From positions 18,784 through 82,783 of the forward strand of contig JAJXYD010000003.1 in the NCBI GenBank assembly GCA_021780695.1: 64,000 bases of DNA. Reading direction: 5' to 3'. A program made the position numbers and the translations under genes. Shown here piece by piece: positions 1 to 10,104 of this stretch. Source of the DNA: Deltaproteobacteria bacterium (GTDB lineage Bacteria > Desulfobacterota > Syntrophobacteria > Syntrophobacterales > Syntrophobacteraceae). The notes beneath the pieces are model-generated. The model searched no databases, was not told the DNA's origin, and was given only the letters and a program-made list of their open reading frames with translations. Numbering within the stretch: position 1 is the first letter of the stretch; each line of letters begins with the position of its first letter.

Positions 1-1707
1 AATACCCTCGATGCCGTCGTCTCTCCTCTGCAAGCGGCTGCCGATCGTGTCGATCAGATCGGCAAGGGCCAATTGCCCCCCAGGATCGACGAGGATTACA
101 AAGGCGAATTCGCAAAGCTAAAAAACAGCGTCAATAACTGTATCGACGGTCTGGGCGGCCTTGTGGAGTGTAACGGCGTGCTTACAAACATGGCGGTAAA
201 CGACCACACCAAAAAAGTTGAAGGAAATTATTCCGGGCTTTTTGCCTCCGTTTCCGAAGCCACCAACCTTGTCAGGGACCGCTTGCTCGCAATAACCGAG
301 ATCTTTACCGAGCTGTCGCTGGGTGAGACTTCGGCCCTTGAGCAACTGGAGAAAATAGGCAAAAGGAGCGAAAAGGACGTAATAATTCCTGCAATTGTCA
401 AATGTATGCACAACATTAAACAATTGATAGAGGATATGAACGGACTGTCTCATGCGGCCGTGGAAGGCAACCTCTCCAGGCGCGCCGATGTCCAAAACCA
501 CGACGGCGGCTATCGAGAAATAGCCGAGGGGGTAAACAATACCCTGGATGCCGTCGTCGGCCCCCTCAATGTGGCCGCCGATTGCATGGCTAAAATCAGC
601 AGGGGCGAGTTGCCCCCGAAGATCACCGAGGAGTACGGAGGCGATTTCAATACAATAAAAAACAATCTGAATATGTTGATCGACGCCATGGTCGAAATTA
701 CCACGACCGCCGAGCAAATCGCTTCCGGAAACCTCATGGTAAATGTTACGCAGCGTTGCGGCGACGATAAGCTCATGCAGGCCTTGTCCGAGATGGTCCA
801 AGGCCTTACCGGGATCGTTACTACCATTCAAACCGTGGCCAATCAGGTGGCCGGAGGCAGCAAGGAACTCAGTGCCAGCGCAGAGCAGCTCTCCCAGGGC
901 TCTACCGAGCAGTCGGCCTCGGTGGAAGAGATCTCGGCTTCGATGGAGCAGATGGCGGCCAACATCAAGCAAAATTCCGATAATGCCCAGCAGACCGAAA
1001 AGATCGCCGTCAAAGCCGCTCAGGACGGCAAGGAGGGTGGCCAGGCCGTAGCCCAAACGGTTAGCGCCATGAAGGAAATAGCCGGAAAGATCTCCATTAT
1101 CGAAGAAATTGCCCGCCAGACTAACCTGCTGGCCCTCAACGCCGCCATTGAAGCCGCGCGTGCCGGAGAGCACGGCAAGGGCTTCGCCGTTGTGGCCTCG
1201 GAGGTGCGAAAGCTTGCCGAGCGCAGCCAGGAAGCCGCCGCGGAGATAAACGAACTGGCTGCCGGAAGCGTCAAGGTGGCCGAACAGGCCGGAAGCATGC
1301 TTGCCAGGATTGTTCCCGATGTCCAGAAGACCTCGGATCTTGTCCAGGAAATCAATGCGGCAAGCAATGAGCAAAGTACGGGGGCCGAACAGATAAACAA
1401 AGCCATCCAGCAGCTCGACCAGGTGATTCAGCACAATGCCTCCTCGGCCGAACAAATGGCCGCGGCCTCCGAGGAACTTCTCGGCCAGGCCGGACAGCTG
1501 CTTACTACGATGTCATTTTTTAAAGCCCATACGGCTGCTGCCAACCTCGCGGATGCCCCCCAGGCAAAGAGCCCGGCCAGCATGGTTAAAATCCTCTCCC
1601 AGTGCGTACCCCGCAAAGTCGGCGCCAAAAGCAACGGCGGAGTGATGCTCGATCTTGGCGAGCAGAAAAACGCGGACTTGGAAGATATGCATTTCGAGCA
1701 ATATTAG
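1..1707 (+). CDS. methyl-accepting chemotaxis protein, 5' end outside the window; repeated HAMP-like modules plus the MCP signalling domain
   Basis: The frame is open from nt 1, so the track start at 73 (ttg) is an artefact. The module NTLDAVV.PL..AAD....I..G.LPP.I.E.Y.G.F occurs at nt 1 and again near nt 535. The C-terminal half has the classic MCP signalling region ([60 protein letters not shown]). Confidence 0.9.
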   Translation, partial: NTLDAVVSPLQAAADRVDQIGKGQLPPRIDEDYKGEFAKLKNSVNNCIDGLGGLVECNGVLTNMAVNDHTKKVEGNYSGLFASVSEATNLVRDRLLAITEIFTELSLGETSALEQLEKIGKRSEKDVIIPAIVKCMHNIKQLIEDMNGLSHAAVEGNLSRRADVQNHDGGYREIAEGVNNTLDAVVGPLNVAADCMAKISRGELPPKITEEYGGDFNTIKNNLNMLIDAMVEITTTAEQIASGNLMVNVTQRCGDDKLMQALSEMVQGLTGIVTTIQTVANQVAGGSKELSASAEQLSQGSTEQSASVEEISASMEQMAANIKQNSDNAQQTEKIAVKAAQDGKEGGQAVAQTVSAMKEIAGKISIIEEIARQTNLLALNAAIEAARAGEHGKGFAVVASEVRKLAERSQEAAAEINELAAGSVKVAEQAGSMLARIVPDVQKTSDLVQEINAASNEQSTGAEQINKAIQQLDQVIQHNASSAEQMAAASEELLGQAGQLLTTMSFFKAHTAAANLADAPQAKSPASMVKILSQCVPRKVGAKSNGGVMLDLGEQKNADLEDMHFEQY

Positions 1708-1718
1708 GGGGCTCTCCT

Positions 1719-2222
1719 ATGAAATCCTCGGAGCAGGCTGTAACGACGCAGTTTTTAACATTCAAGCTTGGCGGTGAAGTCTTTGCCTTTGCCATCGGCC
1801 GGGTCCGGGAGGTCCTCGACTACACCGCGGTTACCAAAATCCCCGAGATGCCCGATTTCATGCTCGGGGTAATAAACCTGAGGGGTAGCGTTGTTACCGT
1901 TGTGGATATGCGCCTCAAGTTCGGGATGGGGCCAACCCCTAGGGCCGTAAATACGTGCATCGTGATCGTTGAAATCGAACTCGAGGGTGAAACGACGATC
2001 CTGGGGGCACTGGCCGATTGCGTTCAGGAGGTGGTGGACCTCGACCCCGAAAATATAGAGCCGCCGCCGCGAATCGGCGCCCGCGTCAAATCAAGGTTTA
2101 TCGAGGGGATGTGCAAAAACGGCGAGGATTTCATCACTATCTTGGATATAGATGGAGTCTTTTCCCGCGAAGAGCTGGAGATGCGGCAAAACTGCCCCCG
2201 GGATCTGGCCGCGGCCTCATAG
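1719..2222 (+). CDS. cheW: chemotaxis coupling protein CheW
   Basis: Internal ATG of ORF 1602..2222, 12 nt after the MCP stop. CheW-like sequence QFLTFKLGGEVFAFAIGRVREVLDY...VINLRGSVVTVVDMR. About 167 aa, the typical size. Confidence 0.88.
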   Translation: MKSSEQAVTTQFLTFKLGGEVFAFAIGRVREVLDYTAVTKIPEMPDFMLGVINLRGSVVTVVDMRLKFGMGPTPRAVNTCIVIVEIELEGETTILGALADCVQEVVDLDPENIEPPPRIGARVKSRFIEGMCKNGEDFITILDIDGVFSREELEMRQNCPRDLAAAS

Positions 2223-2410
2223 CCGCCCGGGGGAAACGGGCGGGCCCGACCCGCGCATCTATTCGGGCCGCCTTGCCCGGCTTTGGAGCCACCAGTCACG
2301 TAAGACTGATTTCCACCCGAGTGTGCTTTCTAAACGGTCTTGGCCAAGCGAAAAGCTAACCGTCTCTTGTTACGTCGCATTTTCGCGAATATCGAAAAGA
2401 CCGTCGCGAA

Positions 2411-3001
2411 TTATTTTCCTTTTTCCCTCGTTGGGCCATCTCCACCTCTTCGGTAGGAATAGACAGACATTGTCTCCATGCCCAGCTTGAGTTTTTTTTG
2501 CAGCTCCAGTCGCTTGGGCGGAAAATGGGGTCCATAGACAAGAAGGTGTCCGTTCCAGTCGCCCAGGACCTTTTCGACCGCGTCCAGGGGTTTGTCCGGA
2601 TAGATATAGAGACAGTCGGCCCTTTGAATCGTTTGGGTCAGGAAATCGGCGCAGATAAAGCTTACGCGCTCCCGGAGTTCTAATGCGCGTGCGGCCCTCT
2701 GCGCCTGCGATGCCAGAAAGTAGTCGGACTCTATTCCGATAACCCTGGTAAAAAGGCCCGCAAGGCAGCAGGCAACACCGTCTCCGCTTCCAAGGTCTAC
2801 GAAAAGGCGAAAACGGGCAAGATCGAGCCCTTCAAAAAAGTGCAGCAAATATTCCGGCCTGGAAGCCGCCCATGCTCCCGAGGCGGTCTGGCGGTAAGGG
2901 CGAGTTCCACCCAAATTTTCCTGCCGCCTCTTAAAATAGCCGATAACCCTTTCTGCCTTAAGGCCTCTTTTACTATCCTCTAATGACGGAACTGGGTTCA
3001 T
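2411..3001 (-). CDS. class I SAM-dependent methyltransferase (small, substrate unknown)
   Basis: Motif I-like VDLGSGDGVACCLAG followed by VIGIESD. 196 aa. Overlaps the upstream gene by 29 nt, which suggests an operon. Confidence 0.6.
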   Translation of the reverse strand: MNPVPSLEDSKRGLKAERVIGYFKRRQENLGGTRPYRQTASGAWAASRPEYLLHFFEGLDLARFRLFVDLGSGDGVACCLAGLFTRVIGIESDYFLASQAQRAARALELRERVSFICADFLTQTIQRADCLYIYPDKPLDAVEKVLGDWNGHLLVYGPHFPPKRLELQKKLKLGMETMSVYSYRRGGDGPTREKGK

Positions 3002-3776
3002 AGTAGCCGGCGCGAACTGAGGTCAGAGGGAATACCTGGCAGTTTTTGCCAAGAACGGTTCCAGGGTTGGTTACGGAATTGCACCCCGTTTCAACGTGAT
3101 CGCCTAAAACGGCGCCGAATTTGCGTAAATTTGTCACTATCCGCGTTCCATGGGCCATAACACGGATTTTTTGATCCCTTATCTTGAGGTTGGCAAGCTT
3201 TGTTCCAGCCCCGAGATTGGCCTCGCACCCAATGATGCTGTCGCCTATGTAGGCAAAGTGGCCCGCTTTGGCGCCGTCCAGCATTACGCTCGACTTCATC
3301 TCGGTGGTGTGGCCCACGATGCATCGGGCGCCCACAATGCACTTTCCTCTCATGTAGGCTCCCTGGCGCACTTCCGAATGGGGTCCTATTATGGTAGGTC
3401 CCTTCACTAAAGCGCCCGGTTCGATAACCGCCCCCGGACCGATAAAAATCGAGTCGTCCCACAACACGCTGCCCTCGAACAATACGGCAGCTTCGCAGGT
3501 TTCCTCCCCCTCGATCTCTACTCGGAATTCGTCCTTGGTCGTGTTTCCGCCAAGGATCTTAAAGCCGCCGGTAAGAGCCTTGCCGCGCCACAACACCACG
3601 GTTGCAGGCAGCGGACGTCTAAAACAATTTACTTCAGCCACGTTTGCTTCCAGGCCGTGTTCGAGGTAGCCGTTAATCTTGCTCAGCGCGTCCCAGACAT
3701 ATTTGCAGCCGGTAAACAGGTCGCGGTGATCAAATGAAGCCAATTCGAAAAAAGCGTCGGGTTCCAGGAAATCCAT
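2973..3776 (-). CDS. left-handed beta-helix (hexapeptide-repeat) transferase-like protein, GlmU C-terminal-like
   Basis: The C-terminal two thirds carry serial hexapeptide-type repeats (IGPGAVIEPGALVKGPTIIGPHSEVRQGAYMRGKCIVGARCIVGHTTEMKSSVMLDGAKAGHFAYIGDSIIGCEANLGAGT). Confidence 0.6.
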   Translation of the reverse strand: MDFLEPDAFFELASFDHRDLFTGCKYVWDALSKINGYLEHGLEANVAEVNCFRRPLPATVVLWRGKALTGGFKILGGNTTKDEFRVEIEGEETCEAAVLFEGSVLWDDSIFIGPGAVIEPGALVKGPTIIGPHSEVRQGAYMRGKCIVGARCIVGHTTEMKSSVMLDGAKAGHFAYIGDSIIGCEANLGAGTKLANLKIRDQKIRVMAHGTRIVTNLRKFGAVLGDHVETGCNSVTNPGTVLGKNCQVFPLTSVRAGYYEPSSVIRG

Positions 3777-3922
3777 AGAGCTTCCTTTGCTTTCTGTCTT
3801 GTAATTAGTCCTGAAGGCATTAAAATCGCATTCCTATTGTCCGATTTCCCTTTGCTGCCGATTTATTTATAGCCCAAAAGCGCAGGGTCTGGAATAAATA
3901 CCTCAATTCCTGGAGGTCGAGA

Positions 3923-4585
3923 GTGAAAATTCAATGCAAAGAGTGTAAGGGCGAATTCACCATTTCCGATGAGAAGCTACCTCAGGCCAGGCAACTGGCG
4001 ATTTCCTGCCCCAAATGCAAAGCCCGCCTGGTAATCCCCGGCAAACAAGCTCCGGCTTACCCTGGGGATCAAACTTCCAGTCTTTTTCCAACAGCCTCCG
4101 AAGTTGCTCTCTTGGATGAGGATGCCATAGATCTGGTCGAAGAAGGAGTTAGAACCGCTCTTCTTTGCGATACTGATGATAAACGCCGTAATAGTATTGC
4201 GCAAGCGCTTCAGGAACTGGACTTCTGGGTCGTCCATGCCGAAAACCCCTTCTTCGCCCTCGGAAAGCTGCGTCACAACCACTACGATATTATTGTGCTC
4301 GATGAGAATTTTCACTCCGCAACTAATTCCGAAAATCTCGTCTTGCTCCACATGCAGATTCTTCCCATGCAGCTTAGAAGGCAATTCTTCCTCTGCCTGC
4401 TAAGCAGTACAAAGGCCACCCTGGATGCCAAGCTGGCCTTTGCAATGGGCGTTAATCTCATTATTAACGCAAAGGACCTCGATAAGGTCAAACTGCTCTT
4501 TGCCCGAGGGCTTAAGGAGTATAAAAATTTCTACGGCCTTTTTAACTCCGAGCTTGCAAAAAAAGACGGACGAAGCGCGAGGTGA
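3923..4585 (+). CDS. zinc-ribbon (MJ0042-type) plus CheY-like receiver domain protein
   Basis: GTG start. The N-terminus KIQCKECKGEFTISDEKLP...ISCPKCKARLVIP has two CxxC pairs. The C-terminal part is receiver-like (TALLCDTDD ... YDIIVLDENF ... LSSTKA). Confidence 0.6.
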   Translation: MKIQCKECKGEFTISDEKLPQARQLAISCPKCKARLVIPGKQAPAYPGDQTSSLFPTASEVALLDEDAIDLVEEGVRTALLCDTDDKRRNSIAQALQELDFWVVHAENPFFALGKLRHNHYDIIVLDENFHSATNSENLVLLHMQILPMQLRRQFFLCLLSSTKATLDAKLAFAMGVNLIINAKDLDKVKLLFARGLKEYKNFYGLFNSELAKKDGRSAR

Positions 4586-4641
4586 TCGTCTGGGGGCGGT
4601 CTCCGGCTCCAAAAAGAATCCGGCTGCGGGCTTGTTCCAAA

Positions 4642-5736
4642 TTAACGGTGTTCTCCGATAAAACCTCCGCCAAGGCCGCCGCTTGAAATGCCCGTGCTTG
4701 AAGAATTGGACGATGTCGCGCTCCGGTCCCCCGAAGATCCCCTCGACGGGATTCCCGAGCTGCGTGTTTGGCCTCTGTAGGCCGCTCCCGGCTGTATGCC
4801 CGCATGGCCGTGCGCTTCCGTGTGCCCGCCTGCCGGGTAGGCGCCCCCCGCCATACCTGCCGGGCTTGTCGCCTCCGCATGGTCAATAATGGTCCTTGCC
4901 CCTGCCTGATCTCGGGCCGAATGAAAAGTCGATCCGTTCGAGGGTAAACTTATTGTCGAAGTTTTCGAAGTCCCCCCTCCGCTGTTTGCCCTTGCCAGAG
5001 GGTTGATTCTGGTGACCGCTCCGTTGGCGCCTGTCGCATGGTTGGTTATCCTGTGGCCTCTCCAGTGACGACGATAGGGCCTGTAAAAATGGTTGTCATT
5101 GCCGCGATGGGTATAATAGCCCTCCCGGGTGTCAAAGTCGTTTAGGATATAGTAGCCGTTGAAATAGTTCCTACCCCACAAGAAGGGACAGGGGACCCAG
5201 GCATAGAGATAGCCGTATTCTTCCGGAGGCACATAGTAGGTTACAACCGGCGGGCCGTATTCGTTGTAATAGCTGTCCAGATTAGTTGTCGATGCGTATT
5301 GATTGGAACCGTTGTTGTCGGCGCTCTCACCGGGTGCCCCGTCCTCGGAGAGCGCCAGGTTAAACCGGGCGCAGACATCGCTTACGGCTTTGGCGGCATC
5401 GGCTTGCCCCATTAAAAGCTTTCCCGAGGATGACGAGCTTACAGCGCTTTGCCTTATTTCTTCAATAATATCGGGCGTTATTGGATAGTCCGAAATCCAT
5501 CCGTTTCGGGGCGAGATGTCTATTTTGGCCAGAGAGTCTTCGGCTTCGACCTCATCTTGGGTAAAGCCTAAATTCAGAGCGGCCGAGAGTTTTATTGCGA
5601 ATTCGCCTTCGCTTACCAGAGGCTGTTCGATTGGAGGAGGGGGCTGTGAGACATCCTGAGCCCTGGCTGCCCCCGGGTAGACGCAAAGAGCCGTAACCGC
5701 CGCTAAAACCGCTATCATCGCGCTTTTCATAGGCAT
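4642..5736 (-). CDS. secreted hypothetical protein with an aromatic-rich core and a Gly/Ser/His-rich tail
   Basis: I place the start at the internal ATG preceded by GGGGAAAGGGG. Signal peptide MPMKSAMIAVLAAVTALCVYPGAARA. Tyr/Trp-rich block YYNEYGPPVVTYYVPPEEYGYLYAWVPCPFLWGRNYFNGYY. I recognise no family. Confidence 0.55.
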   Translation of the reverse strand: MPMKSAMIAVLAAVTALCVYPGAARAQDVSQPPPPIEQPLVSEGEFAIKLSAALNLGFTQDEVEAEDSLAKIDISPRNGWISDYPITPDIIEEIRQSAVSSSSSGKLLMGQADAAKAVSDVCARFNLALSEDGAPGESADNNGSNQYASTTNLDSYYNEYGPPVVTYYVPPEEYGYLYAWVPCPFLWGRNYFNGYYILNDFDTREGYYTHRGNDNHFYRPYRRHWRGHRITNHATGANGAVTRINPLARANSGGGTSKTSTISLPSNGSTFHSARDQAGARTIIDHAEATSPAGMAGGAYPAGGHTEAHGHAGIQPGAAYRGQTRSSGIPSRGSSGDRSATSSNSSSTGISSGGLGGGFIGEHR

Positions 5737-6022
5737 ACCCCTTTCCCCTGGAATGCAAAACCGATTGAACATCGAGCCGGGAGCTTGGCTCTCCTGGCCC
5801 TTTCGTAGCCCTGCCGCCTTGCGGATAATAGCATGCAATAAATAGTACTCCCTTAAAAAGATGCCCCTTTGGCCGTTTTTGTCTACCGTTTGGGGGATAA
5901 TTTCATTTTTTGAACCCGATTCTTGCTTAACTCGAAAAGTCTATGCGTTATACTGGCCTCGATCGGGCAAAGCGGTAACTCTTGCCCTCGCAGAGCTATT
6001 TGTCGTTTTCAGGTAAACGGAA

Positions 6023-7150
6023 ATGGAGAAAAAAATTAATTCCTCTCATTGCGATATGCATTCTCGGATAGACCCGGCGGACCGTTTGGACAGCTCCTTT
6101 AATATTGCTGATTATGACTACGATCTGCCGCCCGCACTCATTGCCCAGCATCCGGCCGGTGCACGCGAGCACTGCCGTCTGCTCGTTTTGGATCGTTTCG
6201 CGGGTTCGCTCATCCATTCGCGCTTTGATAAAATCGCCCAATACCTAAGGCCTGGAGATCTGCTCGTGGTAAACGATACGCGCGTTGTTCCCGCCAGGCT
6301 TCTCGGGCGCAAACAAACCGGAGGCAAGGTCGAATTGCTCGTGCTCGACCCCTATAAAGAGCCCCACCTTGGAAATACTCAGGGCTACTGCTGCCTGGCA
6401 AAGTCATCCAAGCCCTTTCGCCCCGGGCAAATTGTGGAGTTTGACCAGGACATTCGCGCCGAAATTCTTTCCACGGCCGGCGACGGCTCGGTGATGGCGC
6501 GCTTTGAGCCAACTTGCGCGATTGTCGAAGTGCTCGATCGCATCGGTCGCGTTCCTCTGCCGCCCTATATCGAGAGGGAAGACTCCCTGCCAACGAGTGG
6601 GGATTGTACCTGCTATCAGACCGAGTATGCCAGACATCCCGGCGCGGTTGCGGCTCCAACCGCCGGCTTGCATTTTACTAAACCGCTTTTAAAAGACCTG
6701 GGAGCGGCCGGTATCGAGGTGTCGGCTCTTACCTTGCACGTCGGCTACGGTACCTTTTCCCCCATACGGTGCGAAGATATTCGCAACCATCGGATGCACC
6801 CCGAGTTTATCCGGTTGAGCGAAAAAACCGCCGAGGCGATTAACAGGGCCAAGGCCGAGCGCAGGCGGGTCGTGGCCGTCGGTACCACCGTGGTCCGCAC
6901 GCTCGAGTGGGTTTTTGCCCAAAAGGGCGAGATCTCCCCCTATAGCGGTATGTGCAATCATTTCATCTATCCGGGCTACCGGTTCGCTGTCGTCGATTGC
7001 CTCCTGACAAACTTTCATATCCCCAGGTCCAGCCTGATACTGTTGGTATCAGCCTTTACCGGACGAAACCGGATACTTTCCGCCTACCGCGAGGCGGTTT
7101 CGCAGCGCTACCGCTTCTTTAGCTACGGCGATGCCATGCTTATCCTGTGA
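6023..7150 (+). CDS. queA: S-adenosylmethionine:tRNA ribosyltransferase-isomerase
   Basis: QueA hallmarks: DYDYDLPPALIAQHP, LLVVNDTRVVPARL, VPLPPYI, AAPTAGLHFT, VGTTVVRTLE. The start may be the downstream ATG at 6056. Confidence 0.93.
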   Translation: MEKKINSSHCDMHSRIDPADRLDSSFNIADYDYDLPPALIAQHPAGAREHCRLLVLDRFAGSLIHSRFDKIAQYLRPGDLLVVNDTRVVPARLLGRKQTGGKVELLVLDPYKEPHLGNTQGYCCLAKSSKPFRPGQIVEFDQDIRAEILSTAGDGSVMARFEPTCAIVEVLDRIGRVPLPPYIEREDSLPTSGDCTCYQTEYARHPGAVAAPTAGLHFTKPLLKDLGAAGIEVSALTLHVGYGTFSPIRCEDIRNHRMHPEFIRLSEKTAEAINRAKAERRRVVAVGTTVVRTLEWVFAQKGEISPYSGMCNHFIYPGYRFAVVDCLLTNFHIPRSSLILLVSAFTGRNRILSAYREAVSQRYRFFSYGDAMLIL

Positions 7151-8293
<1,143 letters not shown>

Positions 8294-8354
8294 GGAAAGG
8301 CGGCCTTTGACATCGGCCTTGGTGTTTTACCTGCCGTGAAAGCTTTTTGGGCAA

Positions 8355-8383
8355 TTGCGAATTGTGATTGTTACAGTTATAAT
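8355..8383 (+). promoter_or_regulatory. sigma70-type promoter (TTGCGA-17 nt-TATAAT)
   Basis: TTGCGA at 8355..8360, an exact 17-nt spacer, and TATAAT at 8378..8383. It lies about 77 nt upstream of the small ORF starting at 8460. Confidence 0.5.
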
Positions 8384-8459
8384 TTCGCCGCTTGCCAATG
8401 GACTGTTCAGACAGGCGGCCCCGGATTAAAATGGCGGGAGGAATTTTCAGGAGAAGAAA

Positions 8460-8687
8460 ATGGAAAAACTGATCTGCTATTGCTTCAAATACAGCGCTGC
8501 GGATATCGAAGCCGATCTTGTTCAAAACCGCAGGTCCACCATTATGGAAAAAATCATTTCAGAAAAAAAGACCGGTGCGTGCGAATGCGCAATCAAAAAC
8601 CCCAAGGGCCGCTGATGCCTTGCCGATGTCCGCCAGGTGGTGGACGACGCCATGATGCGCCATGGAATAAAACCCGAACTTTTTTGA
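8460..8687 (+). CDS. small Cys-rich BFD-like protein; candidate selenoprotein with in-frame UGA at 8613..8615 read as Sec
   Basis: Absent from the ORF track because of the internal TGA. AGGAG lies 7 nt before the ATG at 8460. Translation: MEKLICYCFKYSAADIEADLVQNRRSTIMEKIISEKKTGACECAIKNPKGR-U-CLADVRQVVDDAMMRHGIKPELF. A hairpin GTCCGCC-AGGT-GGTGGAC (8628..8645) starts 12 nt after the UGA. If the UGA is a true stop, the product is 51 aa (8460..8615). Confidence 0.45.
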
Positions 8688-8707
8688 AAAAGATCGGGTA
8701 GGGATAA

Positions 8708-9424
8708 TTAAAACCTTTTCCGGTTTACCGGGTTTCTCACTTTGTATCCCGCCAATCCCGCAAGACCGAAAACAAACAGAACCAGGGTGGCCGGTTCAGG
8801 TACCGGGTCAGCGTTCGCTGTCGTATATTCCACACGCAGGCCCGTTGGATTTCCATTATTGCTCGAGTTGAGATAGGCATTGTTTACTACGAATTCCAAC
8901 GTGTTGTTCCCTGCCGAAAGGTATGCGTCAGGTAGGGTAAAGCTTGTCCAGCTATTCATGGCGCCCTCACCCTTGGTGCTCGAATAGATAGTGTTTCCGT
9001 TAAGGTATATACCCATCAACGCGTTATCCGACTCGAATTGCCCGACGATGTCCGCGCTACTCGCATTAAGACCTGCCAGACTGAAAGTGGTCTGATAGGA
9101 ATAGTTGCCGACAGCGCTTGACCAGTAAGTTCCCGTACCGGCTGTGGAAGGCAGGTTCGGCACATCCCATGACGAGGTGGAATCGTCGCCGCTCCAGGCG
9201 CTTCCAAGTGGCCACGTTCCCTGTGGTAGAGTATAAACCGTAGCGGTATAGCCCGAGCCCGAAGGGCTGCTCACTAAAGTGTAGTACTGGTCTACGTTGC
9301 CGCTTGTCACCCCGGCCCCTGTGTTATGGAGTGTCGCAATCGTATTGGCCAGGGCATGGGTGCCCAATAGACAGATCGCTCCCAAAACTGCCGCAAGTAT
9401 GAATTTTGTCCGCCTTTGGCCCAC
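8708..9424 (-). CDS. PEP-CTERM sorting domain-containing secreted protein
   Basis: C-terminus VPEPATLVLFVFGLAGLAGYKVRNPVNRKRF, i.e. PEP motif, TM segment and basic tail. I place the start at the GTG at 9424, preceded by AAGGAGAG. N-terminal signal KFILAAVLGAICLLGTHALA. Confidence 0.8.
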   Translation of the reverse strand: MGQRRTKFILAAVLGAICLLGTHALANTIATLHNTGAGVTSGNVDQYYTLVSSPSGSGYTATVYTLPQGTWPLGSAWSGDDSTSSWDVPNLPSTAGTGTYWSSAVGNYSYQTTFSLAGLNASSADIVGQFESDNALMGIYLNGNTIYSSTKGEGAMNSWTSFTLPDAYLSAGNNTLEFVVNNAYLNSSNNGNPTGLRVEYTTANADPVPEPATLVLFVFGLAGLAGYKVRNPVNRKRF

Positions 9425-9833
9425 TTTTCTCTCCTTTTTTGTTGTGCCTGTGCCTAAAAAAATCAGCAAGAATAATGCCACCTAGATAACCTGTTGATAT
9501 CCCAAAGGTAGCCGAAGCGGGGAAAATCCCATTGTGTAAAACTTTTAGACGTCCGGATACGGGCAATATCCTTTAATCATACGTAATATTTTGTTTTTAC
9601 TTTGGAAATGACTAATATCAAAATATGTCGGAAAAGTTTACGTTTTCCCGATTTTTAGTAATTTCCAACTGGGCCGAATCGGCTTGACGCCGTCTTTTTT
9701 ATGTCTCCGCAAAAGTTTTTTGCGCCAAACGCCAAAGGGAAAAAGGCCAGGCCGCGAAAAGCGCCGCCGCAAAAGGAGCCTAGGGGATAAATGGCGCGGA
9801 CCTTGCCGGGTTTTCGTCTGTCGAGATTTGTGA

Positions 9834-9862
9834 TTGACAGCGGCGAAATGCATCACTATAAA
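9834..9862 (+). promoter_or_regulatory. strong sigma70-type promoter (TTGACA-17 nt-TATAAA)
   Basis: TTGACA at 9834..9839, a 17-nt spacer, and TATAAA(T) at 9857..9863. It faces the porin gene. Confidence 0.55.
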
Positions 9863-10104
9863 TATCGCCGACTCTGACGGCAAGGTAGTTGCACAATGAA
9901 TGTGTGGTTAAAACGGCCGTCCGGGAGAATGCGACAATATAAATTTCAGCCGGACGGCAGGTCCGCTGGAGCTATACAAGTTGGCCGCGAATGCCTTTTG
10001 ACCGTATGGATACGGCGATGGGTGTTTTGCGGCCTTTTTTTGTCCAAAAGGGGCTTTTGGACCGTAAGCTGTTCTCGAGGGAAGATGAAGTGGAGGGAGA
10101 TGGT

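Noticed and set aside
2222-2245. A GC-rich hairpin CCGCCCG-N7-CGGGCGG after cheW, considered as a terminator.
   Set aside because: No U-tract follows, so an intrinsic terminator cannot be supported.
8336-8701. Track ORF of 121 aa covering the small-gene locus.
   Set aside because: It is in a different frame from the RBS-preceded ATG at 8460, and its translation (…RCRPPGGGRRHDAPWNK…) has no protein-like character. The Cys-rich frame with the UGA is preferred.
9991-10104. The ATG at 9991 as the porin start (601-aa ORF).
   Set aside because: The first 38 codons lie within the hairpin and terminator-like leader and have no RBS. The ATG at 10105 has a strong GGAGGGAG RBS. The matter is not fully excluded.
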